From: a virus
Lineage: Duplodnaviria; Caudoviricetes
IMG/VR virus record: IMGVR_UViG_3300037515_000203
Coordinates: 1-41,676 of that record
Direction: 5' to 3' (one strand)
Length of the DNA: 41,676 bases
Each line of letters begins with the position of its first letter. The first letter of the stretch is position 1. Made by a program: the position numbers and the translations under genes. The notes below the pieces were generated by a model. That model made no database searches, was not told the DNA's origin, and saw only the letters and a list, made by a program, of their open reading frames with translations. This document shows, in pieces, positions 29,529 through 37,778 of this stretch.

Positions 29529-29602
29529 GCCGCCGTAGCTCAACGGCAAGAGCAGCAGACTCCTCCCTGCGGTCGCGGGTTCAACTCCCGCCGGCGGCTC
29601 CA
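29529..29602 (+). tRNA. tRNA-like gene with Thr-type body and aberrant anticodon arm (pseudo/undetermined)
   Basis: Acceptor GCCGCCG/CGGCGGC, T discriminator, CCA; D-arm GCTC/GAGC; T-arm GCGGG-TTCAACT-CCCGC; anticodon arm GCAG-ACTCCTCC-CTGC is 1 nt short. Confidence 0.75.
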
Positions 29603-29631
29603 CCCCTGTCCCCTGACCCATTCCTCCGTTC

Positions 29632-29659
29632 GCCCCGGCCCCGGCCGGGGCATTTTTTT
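29632..29659 (+). terminator. Rho-independent terminator ending the late operon
   Basis: GCCCCGGC-CCCG-GCCGGGGC followed by ATTTTTTT. Confidence 0.85.
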
Positions 29660-29826
29660 ATGTACGGCGCGGGAGGCGCGAAATTCCTTGCGACGTTGGC
29701 GGTGGCGGAGCTCCTGGTGGGTGGCTAAGGGTGGGCATCCATTGGGCGTCCGGAGCGCTTTAAACGCATCCTGGCGCCTTTTATTGCGCTGTGAAATCGA
29801 CGTAGTGCAATAAGCGGCCTAACGGC

Positions 29827-29871
29827 CTTTTAATCCGTTGGTCCGGGGTTCGAGTCCCCGACCGCCTACCA
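29827..29871 (+). other. attP core: 3' part of tRNA-Lys(TTT)
   Basis: CTTTTAA anticodon loop, T-arm CGGGG-TTCGAGT-CCCCG, ACCGCCT-A-CCA; no 5' acceptor strand or D-arm; 16 bp from the integrase stop. Confidence 0.85.
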
Positions 29872-29887
29872 TCTCTGAATCAATCAC

Positions 29888-30919
29888 TTAGACGCGTTTC
29901 CGCGATCGAGAGCGCCAGGCCTGGTGGGCATGTTTTTGGCGTTTCCTGCCTATTTTCAGCATGATAGCGCGGAGGCGCTCGGGATAGAGATGGGCATAGC
30001 GGCGGGCGCTGGTGACGCTTTTGTGGTGCAGCGCGGCCTGCACGTCTGGCAGGGTGCCACCCTGGCTGATGATGGCCGAGGCGAGGGAGTGCCGCAGGTC
30101 GTGCATAGTGACGTGTCCCAGGCCGACACGCTCGCGCGCGGCCTCGAACGCGTGGTAGTAGTCGCGCCAGTGCCGGCGGAAGGGCAGGCGGCGGAGGTCG
30201 GCGCGGATCGCGGGATGCACGGGGACCATGCGCGGGGTCGCGTTCTTCGTGTGCGCCACGCTGAGCCAGAGTTGGCGGCCGTGGCGGACCAGGTCCCCGG
30301 GCTCGAGGGGCAGCAGCTCGGAAATCCAGCGCAGGCCGGTGTAGTAGGCGATGCGCATGATCGCGCGCACGTCGGGATCGCGGCAGGCGCGGACCAGGCG
30401 CGCGAGCTCGGCCGGGCGCAGGTAGACTTGGCGCTCGTTGTTCGCCGGCGGGACGCGCATGCGGGCGGTTGGGTCGTTCTCGCCGATGCCGTGCTCGCGC
30501 CAGGCGTAGCGGCACGCGGCGCGGAGGTAGGCGAGGCGGTTGTGGATGGTTCCGGCGGCGAGCTTGCCGGCGTTGTCGGTGGCGTAGGCGCGCGCGATCG
30601 CCGGAAGCTCCGCCAGATCCCGGCCCTCATACCAGGGCAGGAGCGCGGCCAGGTGGAGCGTCGCCTTGTGGCCGGCGCGGTGCTGCGGGATGCGGTGCTC
30701 GAGGTAGAGGCGGACGGCCTCGTCGATCAGCCGGGCTTGTGGTTCGACACCAGTCGCAACGGCGTAGAGGCGGCCGGTTTCGATGCGGTCGTACGCCTCG
30801 GCCCGGGCTCGACCCCACGCTTGCGGAAGCAGGCGCGAAGCGCGTCGCCGGCGGCCGGCCACAATGCGGTTGAACGTGAAGCGCCAGCGGTTTTTTTGCT
30901 TGTCGATATAGACCGGCAT
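29888..30919 (-). CDS. int: Tyrosine integrase
   Basis: YTGLR, TKN, HDLRH, LHH, RRYAH catalytic motifs; next to attP. Confidence 0.95.
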   Translation of the reverse strand: MPVYIDKQKNRWRFTFNRIVAGRRRRASRLLPQAWGRARAEAYDRIETGRLYAVATGVEPQARLIDEAVRLYLEHRIPQHRAGHKATLHLAALLPWYEGRDLAELPAIARAYATDNAGKLAAGTIHNRLAYLRAACRYAWREHGIGENDPTARMRVPPANNERQVYLRPAELARLVRACRDPDVRAIMRIAYYTGLRWISELLPLEPGDLVRHGRQLWLSVAHTKNATPRMVPVHPAIRADLRRLPFRRHWRDYYHAFEAARERVGLGHVTMHDLRHSLASAIISQGGTLPDVQAALHHKSVTSARRYAHLYPERLRAIMLKIGRKRQKHAHQAWRSRSRKRV

Positions 30920-31065
30920 CGCGCCTTGAAAGCCTCGAGGTCCTCGCGTGCCCAGCGGGTGAGCCGCGGCCCGAAACGATAGCACGGCAGCCCGAGGGCG
31001 TAAAACGCACGCACCGAGACGCCGAGCAGCTCGGCGGCCTGGCGGGCGGTGAGGAGGCTATTCAT
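30727..31065 (-). CDS. Excisionase-like HTH protein; 3' end overlaps int
   Basis: LLTARQAAELLGVS..FY...P..RFG.RLTRW..EDL (AlpA/Xis type). Confidence 0.75.
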   Translation of the reverse strand: MNSLLTARQAAELLGVSVRAFYALGLPCYRFGPRLTRWAREDLEAFKARCRSISTSKKTAGASRSTALWPAAGDALRACFRKRGVEPGPRRTTASKPAASTPLRLVSNHKPG

Positions 31066-31101
31066 CGGTTCGGGGATCGAACAGCGCGCGCACGGCGCGG
31101 G

Positions 31102-31455
31102 TCACTTCCCCTCCCCCGGCGCGGCGGCGAGCATGGCTTTGTAAATTCGCGTAAATGCTGCCAGCGGGTTATCCTCCCCCTCATCGCAGTCTTGCGCCGC
31201 TTCTAGCATTTCCTGCGTCGGCTCCCTCGGCACCCTCACGCAGTCGTCGGGCGAGGCGAGGGCGCGGCGGTTCCATGATTCAACGGCGGCCTTCGCATTG
31301 GTATTTTCCCATACTTGATTGCCGGGGCAATTCGGAGTCGTACAGCCCACCCAGTACGAATTATCGTGAATGCTTCTGCGTGGGCGTGGCCTCGACCGTA
31401 CCTTCGCTTCTTTCTCACAAAACGGACACGCCTCAATCGTCGCCTTGTCCATCAC
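31102..31455 (-). CDS. Lar-like zinc-finger protein with C-terminal PREPT module
   Basis: CPFC...C....C...AV.SWNRR; VPREPTQEML...YKAMLAAAP. Confidence 0.7.
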   Translation of the reverse strand: MMDKATIEACPFCEKEAKVRSRPRPRRSIHDNSYWVGCTTPNCPGNQVWENTNAKAAVESWNRRALASPDDCVRVPREPTQEMLEAAQDCDEGEDNPLAAFTRIYKAMLAAAPGEGK

Positions 31456-31698
31456 TCACCTCTTACTCTTGTATCGCGTACGTAGAAAGGCTTCTGTGAT
31501 CGGTGATCGCCAATATTCTCCTGTGTAAATCACGTCAGATTCCGAAAACTCCAAGCCTAATATCTTGTCCTCGCTATCTGCGTAGATGGCTTCGTTGGGG
31601 CCGTAATGATTAGCCCTCATCCACTGAAGGTATTGTCGATAGTTTCCGGCGATCACGATTTTCCTACTCATTCCCGGCGTCTCGGTCTTGGCGGTCAT
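31456..31698 (-). CDS. Hypothetical protein (MTAKTETP family, copy 3)
   Basis: Shared N-terminus; ATGA overlap with the upstream gene. Confidence 0.65.
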   Translation of the reverse strand: MTAKTETPGMSRKIVIAGNYRQYLQWMRANHYGPNEAIYADSEDKILGLEFSESDVIYTGEYWRSPITEAFLRTRYKSKR

Positions 31699-32018
31699 TT
31701 CATTTCCTCCCCCGGCGCGGCGGAGAGCATGGCTTTGTAAATTCGCGTAAATGCTGCCAGCGGGTCATCCTCCCCCTCATTGCAGTCTTGCGCCGCTTCT
31801 AGCATTTCCTGCGTCGGCTCCCTCGGCACCCTCACGCTGTCGTCCTGCGAGGCAAGGGCGCGCGTAAGATCGACCATTAATTCCTCAAAGCAGGTGCATG
31901 GTCCGTAGCGATCTGGATACCGACAACGCCAGCTATGAAAAGCTGTGTTTTCAACACTATCAACGCTGTGCTCGATGAGCACCTTCCGCAACCGTTCAAT
32001 CGTCGCCTTATCCATCAC
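31695..32018 (-). CDS. Hypothetical protein (MDKATIE family, copy 2) with PREPT module
   Basis: N-half identical to 32298-32501; C-half near-identical to that of 31102-31455. Confidence 0.7.
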   Translation of the reverse strand: MMDKATIERLRKVLIEHSVDSVENTAFHSWRCRYPDRYGPCTCFEELMVDLTRALASQDDSVRVPREPTQEMLEAAQDCNEGEDDPLAAFTRIYKAMLSAAPGEEMK

Positions 32019-32301
32019 TCATCTCCTTGGTGACGGCGTAAAGCCTGTCCATAAAGTCACGGTATTTCGATGTCCAGCAATTCTGCCCAAGCGGTTCGCC
32101 GTTCTCCCCCCCCGCTTGCCATGTTCTGCATTCCTGTAACAACGCCTCCGCCTTCTTCAGCCGCTCGCGCAGCGCGGCGTTTTCGCGTTCGACTCCCCCA
32201 CACTCATCAAGCAACCATTCAATCAGCTCACTGGTTTCCTTGTTCCGTTTGAACTCAGTGCGGTAGTGATCTGCCCTCGGCGTCTCGGTCTTGGCGGTCA
32301 T
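32008..32301 (-). CDS. Hypothetical protein (MTAKTETP family, copy 2), coiled coil
   Basis: Shared N-terminus and ERENAALRERL box. Confidence 0.65.
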   Translation of the reverse strand: MTAKTETPRADHYRTEFKRNKETSELIEWLLDECGGVERENAALRERLKKAEALLQECRTWQAGGENGEPLGQNCWTSKYRDFMDRLYAVTKEMSDG

Positions 32302-32501
32302 GGCCTCTTCCCTGTAAGTGCACCGATTGCTTTATAGAGGGCGCGCGTAAGATCGACCATTAATTCCTCAAAGCAGGTGCATGGTCCGTAGCGATCTGGA
32401 TACCGACAACGCCAGCTATGAAAAGCTGTGTTTTCAACACTATCAACGCTGTGCTCGATGAGCACCTTCCGCAACCGTTCAATCGTCGCCTTATCCATCA
32501 C
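32298..32501 (-). CDS. Hypothetical protein (MDKATIE family, copy 1)
   Basis: 167-bp duplicate of 31855-32021; His/Cys cluster. Confidence 0.65.
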   Translation of the reverse strand: MMDKATIERLRKVLIEHSVDSVENTAFHSWRCRYPDRYGPCTCFEELMVDLTRALYKAIGALTGKRP

Positions 32502-32797
32502 TCACCTCCTGCGCGGGCGGCTCGAATTAATTGCAACATTTTCTCCTCAAGAGCAACGGTAGTCTCGTAACTACGCGCGTTCGCCCATTTACGAGCTACC
32601 TCGGCTAAGGCACTTTGCTTCTCCGCCCTCTCCAGCCGCTCGCGCAGCGCGGCGTTTTCGCGTTCCAAATCTCCTGCATCATCTGGATGGATACACTTTA
32701 TCTGCTCACACTTATCAGGTTGTGGGCAATCGTCGCAACGTAGGTAGAACGTGCCGGTAAGGCAGTCCGTTCTCGGCGTCTCGGTCTTGGCGGTCAT
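32498..32797 (-). CDS. Hypothetical protein (MTAKTETP family, copy 1)
   Basis: AGGAGG RBS; Cys cluster, then ERENAALRERL coiled coil. Confidence 0.7.
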   Translation of the reverse strand: MTAKTETPRTDCLTGTFYLRCDDCPQPDKCEQIKCIHPDDAGDLERENAALRERLERAEKQSALAEVARKWANARSYETTVALEEKMLQLIRAARAGGE

Positions 32798-32818
32798 GGC
32801 TTTAACCTCCTATCCATC

Positions 32819-33025
32819 TTACTCATGGGCCTTCAACCTTTGATATGCCGCAATCATTCTGACGAGATCGCCGCTCACCGCTGCCTCGTCAGCTTCGCGG
32901 AGTGACGCTTCGATCATTGCCGCACCGAAGCCGCCAGTGGGTATCTGTTTGTAGGCAGCGAGCAGCTCGCAACACCTTGCCTGTTCCTTCGGTAACTCAG
33001 TTGCGAGTGTTTTCTGCTCACTCAT
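32819..33025 (-). CDS. Hypothetical protein
   Basis: GGAGG RBS; 68-aa helical ORF in the operon. Confidence 0.7.
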   Translation of the reverse strand: MSEQKTLATELPKEQARCCELLAAYKQIPTGGFGAAMIEASLREADEAAVSGDLVRMIAAYQRLKAHE

Positions 33026-33147
33026 ACCCCCTCCACACAGTTAGCCCTCGGCGTGAACGGCTCGCAGGCGATTACCGCGCAGCCGTTCAGCGATTCAACG
33101 ACGAGCAGGATCAGGATGAGCAGGACGATAACTCCGACGATTCTCAT
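33022..33147 (-). CDS. Small putative lipoprotein (41 aa, not in ORF track)
   Basis: MRIVGVIVLLILILLVVESLNG-C; overlaps both neighbouring genes by 4 nt. Confidence 0.5.
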   Translation of the reverse strand: MRIVGVIVLLILILLVVESLNGCAVIACEPFTPRANCVEGV

Positions 33148-33422
33148 TTACGTTTCTCTCTCAACGCCTGCCAGATTGCGACAGCCTGGCGGCGATCAAC
33201 GGGGACGGCGCCGGCCTCGATCGCGGCGACGCGGCGCACGGGCGTCAGGTCGTAGTGCGGCGTCGAGGCTTGGCCCTGGAACCATTTGCGCTTCATGCCG
33301 ATCGCGGCCGCGATCGCGTGCAGCTCCTTGAGCGGGCCATCGGTGAACAGGTGGCAGTTCCGCACGCCCCGGCCACGGAGGCGCCAGCCGTTGTTGACGA
33401 GCGGGTCGACGTAGACGGTCAC
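33144..33422 (-). CDS. DUF4031-like protein
   Basis: MTVYVD, HL..D...ELH..A..IG..R.WFQ, HYDL...RR..AI..GA. Confidence 0.8.
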   Translation of the reverse strand: MTVYVDPLVNNGWRLRGRGVRNCHLFTDGPLKELHAIAAAIGMKRKWFQGQASTPHYDLTPVRRVAAIEAGAVPVDRRQAVAIWQALREKRK

Positions 33423-34414
33423 GCTGGATACTCCGAATGCTCGCGGCCGTCGAGCATATGGCCGGCGCGTTTTTTTCCGAACTTACCGATTATTTCGGCC
33501 GATCCGTCTTCCGGGCTGGCGATGACTTCCAGCCCTTCAAGATGCGTGCCATCTGAGCAAACAACGCTGAGCGTGGCCGTGCCGGCTGGATGAAGCCCGC
33601 ACGGTCCATACTCACCCCACTGCTTGAAAAAGAACGCGACGCCCGCGGCAGCGCACTGATCGCGCACGCTCCTGAACCAATCCGGATGTGCCGGCCGCGC
33701 ATTCGGCCCGCTCTCGCCGCCAGCGATGAGCCAATGGAGCAGACCGCGCAGATCATCGTGATTAGGGTCGAGCCCGAAGTGCATCGAGAAATCTACTGGC
33801 GCCAATGCCGGCTCGTAGGAGACGAACCGGATCGCGGCCGGCGTCTGGAGCAGAAGCGGTATGCGCTCGTCGGCAGTCTCCTGGTCCTCGACGCTCGTGC
33901 CCAGCCAGACGTTGGGAAGCGGCCACGCCAGAAACGATTTTTCGTATAGATGGTTTCTTATCGAGCAATCCCAGATCTGCCATCTTCTATAGACGGCTTC
34001 TCGACGCCGGTCGCCCAGATACTCACGCATCCGCTCTGGCCGCTTCGTCAGGACCTGAAACGTGTGCCTCGGCGATAGCGCCATCACGGCGAATATATCG
34101 TCAATGAACTCGTCCGGCACATCCTCGTGAAAGAGATCGGACATTGAGTTCACGAAAATGCGCCGTGGCTTTCTCCAGCGCAGCGGCTGATCGAGGCGCT
34201 CGGGATGGCAGAGCACATCAGTGAATTCTCTCGGTCGCGGTGGCATCCCGCCGTTGGGCAATTCGACGTAGTGATCCTGCATCATTTGCCGCCCGTAGAC
34301 GCGCGGAAACAATCTCTCCGCATAGCAGTTCTTGCAGCCCTGGCTGACCTTGGTGCAGCCCGTTGTCGGGTTCCACGTGGAATCGGTCCACTCAATCGGA
34401 GATTTGTCACCCAT
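33419..34414 (-). CDS. Phage Gp37/Gp68 (DUF5131) radical-SAM-like protein
   Basis: IEWTD.TWNP.TGC.KVS.GC.NCYA, FVNSMSDLFH, FQVLTKRP, GGESG, FFFKQWG. Confidence 0.92.
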   Translation of the reverse strand: MGDKSPIEWTDSTWNPTTGCTKVSQGCKNCYAERLFPRVYGRQMMQDHYVELPNGGMPPRPREFTDVLCHPERLDQPLRWRKPRRIFVNSMSDLFHEDVPDEFIDDIFAVMALSPRHTFQVLTKRPERMREYLGDRRREAVYRRWQIWDCSIRNHLYEKSFLAWPLPNVWLGTSVEDQETADERIPLLLQTPAAIRFVSYEPALAPVDFSMHFGLDPNHDDLRGLLHWLIAGGESGPNARPAHPDWFRSVRDQCAAAGVAFFFKQWGEYGPCGLHPAGTATLSVVCSDGTHLEGLEVIASPEDGSAEIIGKFGKKRAGHMLDGREHSEYPA

Positions 34415-34626
34415 TACGCCTCCCGCAGCCGGCGGACGACGTCGCCGGCGAGCTGGTTGTGGAAGCGCGCGGCGCGGTCGTCGCCGCGATCGGCGGCGCG
34501 GCGGGCGCAGGCGCGGTGGGCCTCGCTGATCGCCTTGGCGGTGCGCTCGAGGTCGTCGTCACGGCATTCGCGCAGGAGCGCGAGCAGCGGATCGCCGGCG
34601 TTGCGGAGGGGCGGGTAGTCGTTCAC
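34414..34626 (-). CDS. Hypothetical protein
   Basis: Coupled to both neighbouring genes. Confidence 0.55.
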   Translation of the reverse strand: MNDYPPLRNAGDPLLALLRECRDDDLERTAKAISEAHRACARRAADRGDDRAARFHNQLAGDVVRRLREA

Positions 34627-34898
34627 TCGATTCGCTCCAGGGTGACGGTGTCGCCCGTCCTTGTGATGCGGAACGATTTTCCCTGGGCGTTCGCGAGCAT
34701 TCGAAGCCCCACGGCCGAATACCGCATTCCCTCGATCAACCAGGTATCTGTCCGAATGTCGTAACCGCGCGTTTTACTCAATTTCCAACAGAGAAAATCG
34801 AGCGGGAAAAGCATCGCGGATATCGTGAGAGCCCACCAGGGCAATATTGAGCCTTCCGGCATACCTGCTCTAACCCAATTCCAGATCGCGTTTCTCAT
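34623..34898 (-). CDS. Hypothetical protein
   Basis: GGAGG RBS; overlapping start/stop; lower GC. Confidence 0.6.
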   Translation of the reverse strand: MRNAIWNWVRAGMPEGSILPWWALTISAMLFPLDFLCWKLSKTRGYDIRTDTWLIEGMRYSAVGLRMLANAQGKSFRITRTGDTVTLERIE

Positions 34899-35188
34899 CC
34901 GACCCTCCGATACGGCGGCACCAGGCCGCGGCGGGAGAGGCGGCGGTGCAGGAAATCGTGGACGGCCATCGCGGCGACGATGCCGAGCGGGCCGCCGACG
35001 AGATAGGCGGCGAGGTCGAGGCCGCTCGTCTCGTGCGGCACGAGCTTGTAGAGCGCGAGCTGCGCGGTGCCGATCGCGACGCTGTTGACGAACGCCGGCA
35101 GGTAGCGCCGGCCGTGGACCAGGAGCTGCTGCAGCCCGAGCAGGAACACGACGGCGAAACTGGCGGCGAAGAGGGTCAGGGCGGTCAC
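34895..35188 (-). CDS. Small multi-pass membrane protein
   Basis: About three hydrophobic segments; GTG start overlaps the MTase stop. Confidence 0.6.
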   Translation of the reverse strand: MTALTLFAASFAVVFLLGLQQLLVHGRRYLPAFVNSVAIGTAQLALYKLVPHETSGLDLAAYLVGGPLGIVAAMAVHDFLHRRLSRRGLVPPYRRVG

Positions 35189-36237
35189 AGCACTAGTCCT
35201 TGCTGCGCCGTGCGCCGATCTTGCAGCTTCGCGTATTCGGGATTGAGTTCGCAGCCGAGCCACTGGCGCCCGAGTGCCTGTGCCACTTCCGCCGTCGTGC
35301 CACTGCCGAGAAAGGGATCGAGAACAACATCGCCCGGGCGCGAGCCGGCGAGGATACAGCGGCGCGGGATTTCCGAAGGAAATACGGCGAAATGCGCGTC
35401 AGGAAACGGGTCCGGGCCGAGTACCCAGTAATTGCGCATGTTGCTGCCGCAGGCCATCTGCTCCTCTTTCGTCATGGAATCCCATCGATCGTTTAACCCA
35501 GCGTGACGCCGGGAATGCCCGCGCTGCTTGTCTACACGCTTGCGGGCGTTGTCAATGATTCGTGACTTCACTTCGCTCGCGTTCTGAACGCCAGCATCAT
35601 CGAACATCTTGACCGCGTGGCCGTTATAGCCTTCCGCTACCTCACGGAGCATGGCTTCGCTCGGCGGGTTTCGCACGGCATCAGCGTCGTAGTAATAGGA
35701 CTCTGCTTCGGTGAGCAGGAATATCTTCTCCGTTGCTGATGTGGGCCGGTCAGTTACCGACTCTGGCATCGGCGCCTTCTTGCACCAGGTAATCTCTGAA
35801 CGCAGCCACCAACCGTCGGCGCGAAGGGCAAGCGCTACCGACCAGGGGATGCCGACAAGGTCCTTCGGTTTCAGTAAGGGATGTGGCTGGCGATTCGGCG
35901 CACCGATGAAGTTGGCACCGAGGTTTGATTTCTGGAGTGAGTCTTCGGCCTTAACGCGGTCCTTGGCGTAACCGCCCTTATCGCCATTGTGATAGCAGTC
36001 CCCAAGATTCAGCCACAGCGTCCCGTCGTCAGCCAGCAACTCGCGCACCAGCCGGAACACCTCGACCATATTGGCGACGTACCCCTCCGGCGTGGCTTCG
36101 AGACCGAGCTGCCCGGGTACACCGTAGTCGCGTAGCCCCCAGTACGGCGGGCTAGTCACGCACATCCGCACCTTCACGCCGTCCGCGATCCAGCGGCGCA
36201 TGATGTCCCGGCAATCTCCGATCTGGCAGTGGTTCAC
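35185..36237 (-). CDS. DNA amino-methyltransferase (N6_N4_Mtase, SPPY type, probably m4C)
   Basis: GDCR, VTSPPYWGLRDY, HFAVFP, VLDPFLGSGTT, GCELN. Confidence 0.92.
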   Translation of the reverse strand: MNHCQIGDCRDIMRRWIADGVKVRMCVTSPPYWGLRDYGVPGQLGLEATPEGYVANMVEVFRLVRELLADDGTLWLNLGDCYHNGDKGGYAKDRVKAEDSLQKSNLGANFIGAPNRQPHPLLKPKDLVGIPWSVALALRADGWWLRSEITWCKKAPMPESVTDRPTSATEKIFLLTEAESYYYDADAVRNPPSEAMLREVAEGYNGHAVKMFDDAGVQNASEVKSRIIDNARKRVDKQRGHSRRHAGLNDRWDSMTKEEQMACGSNMRNYWVLGPDPFPDAHFAVFPSEIPRRCILAGSRPGDVVLDPFLGSGTTAEVAQALGRQWLGCELNPEYAKLQDRRTAQQGLVL

Positions 36238-36566
36238 CTTCCGTCCTCGCCCCACGGCCGGATCATGTGCGGCGCGTCGGGCTTGCGGGTGAGATTGCCG
36301 CGCGCTTCGAGGTAGGCGATGGCCTGGTCGATCATGTAGCAGTCGTCGCTCGCGACGAGGGTGGTGTCATACCAGATCGTCGCGCCTTTGCCCTCGTAGG
36401 GCAGGTTGCACTCGATGTCGGCGCGGGCGGTGCTGTCGGCGATCTCGATCGCGTCGGCGAGGAAGCGCAGGCTGGCGCGGTCGAAGGTGAAGTAGCGCGG
36501 GAAGCACATGGGGTCATTCGCCCAGGCGCGCAGTTCCTCGACGTCGAGCTTTTTCGGGTCGCTCAT
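36234..36566 (-). CDS. Hypothetical protein
   Basis: MSDPKK start coupled to the upstream stop; GC3-rich codons. Confidence 0.6.
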   Translation of the reverse strand: MSDPKKLDVEELRAWANDPMCFPRYFTFDRASLRFLADAIEIADSTARADIECNLPYEGKGATIWYDTTLVASDDCYMIDQAIAYLEARGNLTRKPDAPHMIRPWGEDGR

Positions 36567-36778
36567 GGGCGCGGGTCCAAGTTCTGCCGGATGATCTTCG
36601 GACAATCCCGGCATTTGATGCCGCGGCGGCGGCGGCCGGCGCGGGGGTCGAAGAAGTAGTCGTAGCCGTGGCGGTGCATGCCCAAGTTGCAGCGCACGAA
36701 GCGCCAGGCGCGGCGGGCCCACCGCCGAGCGCGATGGGCCGCGCGGCGGAGGTCGGCAGTCAGTCGGCGGAGCGACAT
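36563..36778 (-). CDS. Small basic Cys/His protein
   Basis: C.LG.H...C.DC putative zinc-binding motif. Confidence 0.5.
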   Translation of the reverse strand: MSLRRLTADLRRAAHRARRWARRAWRFVRCNLGMHRHGYDYFFDPRAGRRRRGIKCRDCPKIIRQNLDPRP

Positions 36779-36996
36779 AGTGGAACGCGCCGGTATAGAA
36801 AACCGAAGTCGGGCGGCTCGATCTGCACGGTGACGATGGTCTCGGCCGGGACGCAGCGGTAACCCTGCGTCTGCGCGTAAGGCCAGATGGCGATCCGGCC
36901 GCGCAGGAGTTTGAAAATCGCCCGGCCCGGATAGATCCCGCGGGTCCACGGGCAGGGGCGGCCGTCGGGGGCGAGGATGAGCCATGACTCGCGCAT
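36760..36996 (-). CDS. Hypothetical protein
   Basis: Start overlaps the upstream stop. Confidence 0.5.
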   Translation of the reverse strand: MRESWLILAPDGRPCPWTRGIYPGRAIFKLLRGRIAIWPYAQTQGYRCVPAETIVTVQIEPPDFGFLYRRVPLCRSAD

Positions 36997-37508
36997 CAGC
37001 GGTTATTCGGATTGCTCTTCGGTGGGGGGATTTGCGGAGTCCCACTGATTTTTGACGAAGGCAGAATATTGAGTTGGCTTTTCCGCGATTCGCGATCGAC
37101 GTTACCCAGGAGCAAACACTGGTGATCGCGAATTTTGCGTTGCTCGTCAGTTGCCTCCTTGATCGTGTGCAGCGCCGTTCTCTGATCTCGCATGATGCGG
37201 CCGACGGATTTGAATGCGGGTCGGGTGTTTGCTATGATCTGATCCGCACTCGCAACATAGAACGCGAGGGTTTGCTGGCAATAAATCACCACGCCTTTTT
37301 TCTTCATTTCATTGCGCCAGCGGTTCGTGATCGTCCAAAAACGGCGGTTGTCCCGCGTCACGCCGATGAGTTTCGCTATCGTGGCGTAATCGAAGCGGTC
37401 TCCGATTTTCGGTTCCGGCCAGGTCCTCATCAAAACCTCGACGTCGGGTCCCGTGGGGAGTCCTTCGTCCCAGCGGTAATGTTTCTGGTCCTTGTCATCG
37501 TCGCTCAT
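36996..37508 (-). CDS. Hypothetical protein, possible winged-HTH; candidate accessory of the RAMP/array locus
   Basis: GAGGAG RBS right after the array 4 hairpin; YATIAKLIGV helix pattern. Confidence 0.65.
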   Translation of the reverse strand: MSDDDKDQKHYRWDEGLPTGPDVEVLMRTWPEPKIGDRFDYATIAKLIGVTRDNRRFWTITNRWRNEMKKKGVVIYCQQTLAFYVASADQIIANTRPAFKSVGRIMRDQRTALHTIKEATDEQRKIRDHQCLLLGNVDRESRKSQLNILPSSKISGTPQIPPPKSNPNNR

Positions 37509-37527
37509 CGTTTCTCCTCAAATCGTT

Positions 37528-37642
37528 GGTCATTGACCCCGTGCCCCGCCCCGCTTCGCCGAGCCATGCCGAGCCCTGCCCTGCCAGGCCGAGCCCTGCC
37601 GTGCCGAGCCCTGCCGTGCCGCGAGCCCAACATGAATTCGGT
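37528..37642 (-). ncRNA. GGC-NN pentamer array 4 with linker and terminal hairpin (candidate guide RNA)
   Basis: Linker ACCGAATTCATGTTGGGCTCGC; 16 pentamers at 37541-37620 (one AGC variant); then GG-GGTC-AAT-GACC. Confidence 0.7.
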
Positions 37643-37648
37643 TGTATC

Positions 37649-37751
37649 AGCCATTGGCTCCTTGCCCTGCCACGCCACGCCCCGCCAGGCCGCGCCGGAC
37701 CGTGCCCAGCCGCGCCTAGGCCTGCCCGGCCCGGCCTGGCCTGGCCCAGCC
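37649..37751 (-). ncRNA. GGC-NN pentamer array 3 with terminal hairpin (candidate guide RNA)
   Basis: 18 pentamers at 37662-37751 (one GGT, one GCC); then GG-AGCC-AAT-GGCT. Confidence 0.7.
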
Positions 37752-37778
37752 CGACACTCCAGAATGTCAAAAAACATC

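Larger units (their letters stand above)
31111..32797 (-). repeat. Interspersed direct repeats in a three-unit gene-pair array
   Basis: 24-bp box at 31675, 32278, 32774; ~26-bp box at 31433, 31996, 32479; 167-bp duplicate 31855-32021/32338-32504; ~155-bp near-duplicate 31111-31266/31707-31862. Confidence 0.9.

Noticed and set aside
29496-29813. 105-aa ORF
   Set aside because: It overlaps the tRNA-like gene and terminator and has no protein-like features.
29800-29871. Complete tRNA-Lys gene
   Set aside because: The 5' acceptor strand and D-arm are missing; this is attP.
29924-30982. 352-aa + strand ORF
   Set aside because: Antisense shadow of the integrase; the same applies to long antisense ORFs such as 1160-2221 and 12968-14131.
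31855-32504. Diversity-generating retroelement TR/VR pair
   Set aside because: The copies look identical, with no adenine-specific changes, and no reverse transcriptase gene was seen.
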